Below, one piece after another: positions 57,340 through 64,000 of a stretch of DNA of 64,000 nucleotides. The first letter of the stretch is position 1; each line of letters starts with the position of its first letter. Made by a program: the position numbers and the translations under genes. Below the pieces are notes generated by a model. The model was given only the letters and a program-made list of their open reading frames with translations. It searched no databases and was not told the origin of the DNA. This DNA is from Tetramitus jugosus (Eukaryota > Protista > Heterolobosea): the NCBI GenBank assembly GCA_937625935.1, contig OW569381.1:310001-374000 (forward strand). The letters are read 5' to 3'.

Positions 57340-59628
57340 ATGGTCAAGCATTATCATTGGCACAGACGTAATTCTGTTGTTCGTTATTCTTCCTTGAAAG
57401 AATCCTCATCATCTTCCTCGTCATCATCAGATGATGAAACAGTGGACAGCACATGGAACAAGAGAAGAGCGAGTACTGGCAGCATCAAAGGTGGTCATAG
57501 TGGCAATTTTAGCAGCAGCAACGACAGTAACAATCATTCACAAACAGATGAACAGGAGCAAAAATCATCTCGTCAGTTCATCAATGAACTATCACTGTTC
57601 CTTCGTCAAAGAGGCAAAGTGTTAAAAATTCCGACACTGGGTCACAAGGAACTCAATCTGGAACAATTGTACAGGGAAGTGACAAAGAGGGGAGGAATAC
57701 AATCAGTATGTGTTGTTCCGTTTATTATCATTTGTATTGTATTCAAACGATCAGCGTCAGATCTGAACCATATGTTTACCAACTGAATTTTCCAATAGGT
57801 CATTACCAACAAGTGGTGGCACAACATTGTGAGAGCATTGAAATTGCCTGCAACTTGCACCAACGCAGCATACGCACTCAGAGTTCACTACTTGAAGTTG
57901 TTGAAGGAGTATGAAGAGGAACATTTTGTAAAGGAGGATTATCATGAGCATCATCATGAGAGTGATGCAGAGTCTGACAATGAGAGCGATTTTGAAGGAG
58001 TTGATATGGTGGATGGTGATGCAGACCGTCCAATATTGGAGGGAAAGAGCAAAGCATTCTCCACCCTCTCTGTTCATGCAGAAGAGGATGACTCACCATC
58101 TAAAAATACTCCATACCCACCAGAACAGAGCAACAACATGAAAAGAGACAAGTGTCAAAAAAACAGCAAGAATCAGCAAAGAAAACAACCATACCAAGCA
58201 GCAGAAGAATTATCGACATCATCATCAGAACAAGAAGAAGAGGAAGGACAGGAAGAAGAAGAGCAACAAATATCACAACAACTGCCAGTTGAAGAAGACT
58301 CTGATATGGCTGCTGCAATTGAATACACAAAGTCACGATCATCTTCATCGAATACAAAAAATGAAAAGAAGAGAAGAAGAAGAAGCGTTGTCACCAAAGA
58401 CGTAAGCACCAATACTTCTACTACTACTACTACTGGTAGAAGAGGATCATCATCATCATCTCAAAGAACCAATGTACATAACAAGTCATCGTCGATGATG
58501 AATACAAGAGCAGTAGTAGAAGATGATAGTATCAAGAAGAAGAGGAAGAAGAGATCAACAACAACAACAACAGCAGCATCAGTGATCCCACCATCGCAAT
58601 ATCACGTGTCCTATCAACCCAATGGCATCCTATCTGTGACACTCAAACAACATCAGCATCACCAACAGAAGAAGAAACGACGATTCACAAAGGAGAAGAA
58701 TCATCAACATGCGAGGAATACTGCTTATGATGAGGATGATGAGGATGATGAAATGATGATGATGAGTCGTACTGATGAGGATGATGAGGATGATTTTGAG
58801 TTTGATGATGTTGTTATTCTTCCTCCATCATCATCATCATCACCAACATCTCTGTTCAGTAGTAGTAGTAGTAGCAATGGTAGCAATAGTAGTAGTAGTA
58901 GTAGTAGTAGGAGTGGGATGACTACTACTAGTAAGCATCAGGTGAGTGGTGGTAGTGGTAGTGGTGGTGATGGTGGTGGTGGATTGACAGTTGTTGTGGT
59001 TGTTGCTGATCATCATTATCATCATCATCATAAGAATCAAAAGAAGAAGGCAATCATTGCAGGTGCATATGCTGAATTGATGAATGGCTATGATGAAGAT
59101 TTCTATCTCACTAATAGTACTAATACTAATAACAATAGTAATAATAAGAATGATAACGACAGTGATGAATATGATGATGAATATGATGAAGATGACAGTG
59201 ATATGATTGATGATGAACAAGTGATGATCATGGGAGAGAATCATGATCACTACCATCATCATCAACATGAAGACGACATGAGGACAATGTGGTGGAATTC
59301 AACCAAGAGCACGAGTACGATTCTGCCCAGTGTTCTTCTTCATGATGATGATGATGCACATGTGAATACAATGAAGATACAACAACAGAAAGAGGATCCA
59401 CACATGATAACGACAACACAACGAATGATGGATGGCAACAACAGCAATTATGAACAACAATTGTTGCAATTGTCAGATAATGATTTGAAACGGATACGTC
59501 GCTATTTCAACATCAACACGGTCACCAACTACAGCAGCAAGGAAGATTTGAGCAGAGCCATTTTGGATTTCACACAGGACAATGCGTCACTGCTGCGTGA
59601 GCTGTGCTCGTGCATTTCTTCCCTCTGA
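57340..59628 (+). CDS. ARID/BRIGHT DNA-binding protein with a C-terminal SAP30 Sin3-binding-like domain; exons 57340-57705, 57799-59628
   Basis: FINELSLFLRQRG..LKIPTLGHKELNLEQLYREVTKRGG|VITNKWWHNIVRALKLPATCTNAAYALRVHYLKLLKEYE across a phase-0 intron. Confidence 0.88.
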
Positions 59629-60008
59629 GCTCACAACAACAAAAAATAAAGTTTTGTTTGTCAGTGCTTCTTTAGTCATTTGGCCTCCTCACGTTTTATC
59701 GGATTAGCCGTGAAAATGATTTGATCATCATGCGTAATCCTGTTTATTCTTTTTCTCTCGCTTTGAGCTGTGCAACTGTAGCGAAAAAAATTTCATGTGG
59801 GTTCGAATCAGATCGAACGAACCAATTCGCGACAGGAAGAGTTTTATTGTCTGAAAACAATAGAGCCCACTTTCATTTCTGAAGTAGTTGTAGCAGACCA
59901 GGTAATCACAATGTGCTTCGTTCAGAATTGAGTCCATCGTGGTCTTCTCACATACATGAAAATAATATCGCAGGCACTAAGATCCAGACTTCCTGTCACT
60001 GACTTTCC

Positions 60009-60048
60009 AACTATATTGGAGTTGCTCATCGCCAACTCCAATATAGTT
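60009..60048. repeat. Perfect 16-bp inverted repeat with an 8-nt loop
   Basis: AACTATATTGGAGTTG-ctcatcgc-CAACTCCAATATAGTT. Confidence 0.85.
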
Positions 60049-60570
60049 AGCAACTAATGGATATCCTACTGTAATGACTTCGCTAGATCCCATGAGATGT
60101 ACGACAGATGATCCAGGGGATCCAAGAGAAACTACGATGAATCAGCAATGGCCGCAAGGGTGGCTATATTCCATGCCGAATTGACTAAAACTGGTCAAAC
60201 TAAACAATATCTTAATTGGCTCACGAGTTCCTGGATGGACAGATTGGAGAGAATAATTATGTGTGGTGTGACTTGGGTGTTATTTACAGTCTATCATTTA
60301 CTGAATTGCGAAGGTTTTGTAATTATTTTAAAATAAACAGTTTTGAATATTATTTAACATAATATTAAAAGAATGTTTATTGTGTTTGCTTATCTCGATC
60401 ATAAATTGTTGGTTGGGTCTATTAATTCCCTGGAAAATTAACCCTTGACTGTTTAAGTAGAACCCCGGTTTTGTTGTGGCACAACCGCCTGTCTAAGGCA
60501 CAAAACTTGTGGTTGTTGTTTTTGGTGCTGTCAGTGAACGAACAACAACTCCCGAACAAGAAAACAGAAA

Positions 60571-62022
60571 ATGACATTACGACAAGATCGTAAAATAATC
60601 AGAGAGTTGAATGTCTATGGTGCTGGACGCTCTCATTGTCATCAAACAGGGTTCAATCACTCGTACTATGAACAAATGGGCACTAAGGGTGATTTTCTGA
60701 GGAGCCCGTCAGGAACCGGGTCGCCTGATACTGCTGTCCATACATTGGCGCGTGTAGTGCAATACGGTTCGATTGGGAAAGAATTTACTTGCGAGCAGGA
60801 ACTGATGCAACATGGCGAATTCATTGTCAATGTGGCCTGTGGTGAACGTCATTCACTGTTTGTGACAAATCTGAGGCGTGTTTTTTGTTGTGGTGATAAC
60901 TCGCATGGGAGTTGTGCCAAGTCTAAAGCGATACATCTTGTCAATCAAGTGACATTGATACCAGAGCTGTCCCATTGTAATATTGTTGAAGCAAAGTGTG
61001 GCACTCTCCATTCCATGTTCATTAGCGACGGGTATGCATGTGTGTATGGCTCAGGACACAATCCACATGGTGAGTGTGGACTGCCTTCTGGATCAAGAAA
61101 TATTTTTGGTGCTGCAAAGATGGAGCACATTGAAGGCAAAAGGTTGAAATGTGTTGCACTTGGTGCATATCACACAGTGTTTGTCACGGTTGATAACTGT
61201 GTTTATACTTCAGGTTACTGTGCGTTTGGATCCTTGGGCCAGGGATGTAGGAACCACCATTGTCCTCTTCCAGTCAAAGTGGATAATCCTGATCTGGCCA
61301 ATGGATTGAAGACAATCAAGACTGTTGTGTGTGGCCAGTGGCATACCATTGTGATCACAGAGCATGGATCGGCTTACTCTTGGGGCTATGATCATCATGG
61401 TCAATGCGGTTTAAACTCTTCTGCGCCCAGTACCGTGTTCAGTCCTGTCTTGGTGACTGGTATTCCTTCGTTTGAGAAACTGATTGACGCAAGATGTGGA
61501 AATTCATTCACAATATTTCGTACAGAGTCAAACAAATTTTATGGTTGTGGAGACAATTCTCATGGTGCTCTGGGGCTTCCTGCTGTCAGTCAGGTATCAA
61601 TCATGGCTGAGATTCCACTTTCAATGGGAACTGTGATCGACTACAGCTGCGGGGCAAACTTTACAGTGTTCACAACCAAAGATGGAGGCGCCTACACGTG
61701 CGGTTTTAGAAAGTTTGTATATTTGATCATGTGATATGTTCTCTTTGATTCACTAACCCCTTATCTTGTTCTATCTCTGCTCCAAAGTTCAAGCAGACTC
61801 AGAGGAATCTTTCAATTTACAGGTGACAATCTGTTTACTGGAGTCCATTTGCCGAGTGTTTCCCGAGATGATAAGTACCAAGAACTACGAGTGGCATACG
61901 GCCAAACATGTTCTAACATCATGTTGTATACCGTGCCAAAAATTCATTTCAACTTCCCAAACAAATTACTCGCTGTTCAACAGAAGGGATTTCTGTGTGA
62001 TACCACAGTCCTATTCGAGTAA
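60571..62022 (+). CDS. Intracellular RCC1-repeat protein; probable exons 60571-61712, 61788-62022
   Basis: VACGERHSLF, CGTLHSMF, CGQWHTIV, WGYDHHGQCG; putative intron GTTTGT...CACTAAC...CAAAG adds ...FPNKLLAVQQKGFLCDTTVLFE; the unspliced ORF ends at 61734. Confidence 0.8.
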
Positions 62023-63337
62023 TACACCAAATATTACTTCATTCCTCTTCACAACAGAATTGATTAATATCTTGTGTAAGGCCTTGATTCGGACCCTTTT
62101 AGTTGAGTACCCTTCTCGTCCAGAGCAAGTTTGCTTCGTCCATCGCACCGTCGCTTCAGTTGTTCACTTTATTGTCTGTTGTTTTCATCAGCCATCGCTC
62201 CCAGAAAGTCATTGCTATCTCACTTTCTTTGTCGTGAATAGGTGGAGGATAGTCGTGAGGCACGTCAGTTTCACACTATTTACATATGTTGCACCCTTCA
62301 CAGCGACTTAGGGCTAACTAACTACCCTAAAAAGGAATTCTTTGTTCCATCCATGATAAAGCTTGTCTCGAGTTCCCTCCGATCATCATCTGCGAACAGT
62401 CTCTGTTAATCTTTCATAATTACCATAGGATACTTCTAAACGTGTTGGTTGTGTCATAGTATTGGTCCATTCGATAGTGAAAGGTCCAGCAAAGGCTCCT
62501 CCAACGGACACAACATCTAAACACTGACCGTTTATCAATGTCAAAGAAGAATGGGTCCACGAAAGATCCAGAAGGCCCCGGTGCTACTTGTGAATCCCCT
62601 AAGTAAGTAAATACAAAGAACCCGTTCAAGGCACACTTCAGAATTGAATCTAAACACTGATCATAGTACTTGGAGATAGCTTTAGTGTATTGCAATCTGA
62701 CAGTGTGTCCTCCTCAATCGAGGACCTTTTTACTCATGTGAACGCAATAATAATGGATTTTTCTCCTATGAAGGAGGATCGGGGGTTTAGAATCTCCATA
62801 AAGAAGCAATCGAATCATACGATTGTTTCAGCTTTTCTTGGATGTTCGATGGAGACCCATTTGGGTGTCCGAGATGTAACCTTCTGTTTTCATTGCTCCG
62901 GAAACAGAAACGGGTGCAATGAAAATTTTTGAGAGGTCCTGGATCCCTATTTCGATCGTTACCCATTATTCTTGTTTTTTCGCTTGTTTCTTTTCGTATG
63001 GGTTGAGCTTTTATTTAAGGACCTCTCTCGACATCAACAACAAAAATGAGAGGCGAAATCAATCGTAGTGTTTTGGTCTAACAATGTGGTGCATCAAGAA
63101 CTGTAACTCGGATGGTCTCCAACAAATAGATCAAGTCTGGTGAATATCAATAAGGTGTAGTTGAGGTTCCATGATAGGGTTAAAAAAACGAAACTAACAA
63201 CTGCTAATCCTGGTTCAATGGAATACCATTGGCTCTATGTCACCTAAATTAAGTTCGACCTCCTGCGACTGGAGCCCTCATTACCAGCACCGTTGATTAT
63301 TTAGTCTACTAGATAGATATCAACAACCAAACAACAT

Positions 63338-64000
63338 ATGAATACTTGTAAGATCATTGCGGCGCTATTGTTAAGTGTAATTCTCAATGAAGTCTGTATG
63401 GCTCAAGGAGGAGCCCAACCACATCTAGAACATACCAAGAGAGGTTTATTCCGTGTATCAAGTCTCTCTCAAATTCAAGCGACCACCACTGTGCTCAGCG
63501 CAACTCCAACATCACCATCTAGCAGATTCAACTGTTTCCCATTCTTTGCTGGTACTCAGGTAATTGTTGGTCGTCCAGACACTTGGTTGCCATACTTCTT
63601 TGGAATTTATAAAAACTTACCAGCTGCAGAAATTCAGGTAGGAGATAAGATTGTATTCGATATGACCTTCATCAATGAAGTAGTACAATCATTTGATATT
63701 GCTTTAGCCCACACAGCAACAAATGGAGGAACTACGCCTGATACCAATGGATTCACAGTTATAGCACCAAACAAGAGTCCCCCTGTTCCTGGAGATTTCA
63801 TTCTTGATAATTATGAACTGTCATTCGATGTTACCACACCATTCTCTTTTGCTGGAGGAGGGTTAATGATCCGTTTCTCAGTTGCTACACCATCTGCATT
63901 TGCTTCTGACGGTCTTTGTCAAAATGGTTTCAATGGTGCTTCGGCCTCTGATACTTCGAATCTGTTTGTTCGAAGAGTGTATGCTGGAGATGCCAATGGA
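63338..64000 (+). CDS. Secreted beta-rich protein, 5' part only (runs off the window)
   Basis: Open frame of 221 codons from ATG 63338 to the window edge; signal peptide MNTCKIIAALLLSVILNEVCMA; absent from the ORF track because it has no stop. Confidence 0.75.
   Translation, partial: MNTCKIIAALLLSVILNEVCMAQGGAQPHLEHTKRGLFRVSSLSQIQATTTVLSATPTSPSSRFNCFPFFAGTQVIVGRPDTWLPYFFGIYKNLPAAEIQVGDKIVFDMTFINEVVQSFDIALAHTATNGGTTPDTNGFTVIAPNKSPPVPGDFILDNYELSFDVTTPFSFAGGGLMIRFSVATPSAFASDGLCQNGFNGASASDTSNLFVRRVYAGDANG

Noticed and set aside
59798-59812. GGTTCGAATC tRNA T-loop/B-box motif
   Set aside because: No T-stem pairing or cloverleaf around it
62300-63300. Short ORFs 62420-62695 (-) and 62690-62932 (+)
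   Set aside because: Non-ATG starts, nearby in-frame stops and no recognisable motifs; possibly decayed sequence

Overview
Gene-dense eukaryotic nuclear DNA with about 26 protein-coding genes, short spacers and short GT-AG introns (mostly 64-130 nt, many with an (A)CTAAC branch point). It is most likely a free-living protist of the heterolobosean/Discoba type; this is inferred from the C-[FY]-G-x6-7-V-C-S-G-x-G-x-C EGF repeats, the RCC1 expansions and a Zn2Cys6 factor, and MNS1/PDE6D point to a flagellate stage. Recognisable housekeeping genes are RBBP5, BUD13, PPWD1, a ZCCHC10-like zinc knuckle, MNS1, EXOSC7, PDE6D, RUVBL2, NTF2 and a long-chain acyl-CoA synthetase. The centre holds one ~15.9-kb, 5-exon gene encoding a ~5,170-aa predicted type I surface protein with 8 extracellular RCC1/BLIP-II propellers and about 32 EGF repeats. 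Three of its introns sit at the identical codon of the RCC1 repeat and share near-identical 3' ends, and an intron-sized Cys-rich in-frame insert ends in the same junction sequence. Other highlights are a complexin-like small protein, a PI3K class IB p101/p87-like protein, a TALE homeoprotein with a PBX-type PBC-B domain, an ARID + SAP30-like fusion, a Zn2Cys6 factor with a Hap1-like heme motif, and candidate H/ACA hairpins in the NTF2 intron. All homology calls are by-eye motif recognition; no searches were run.
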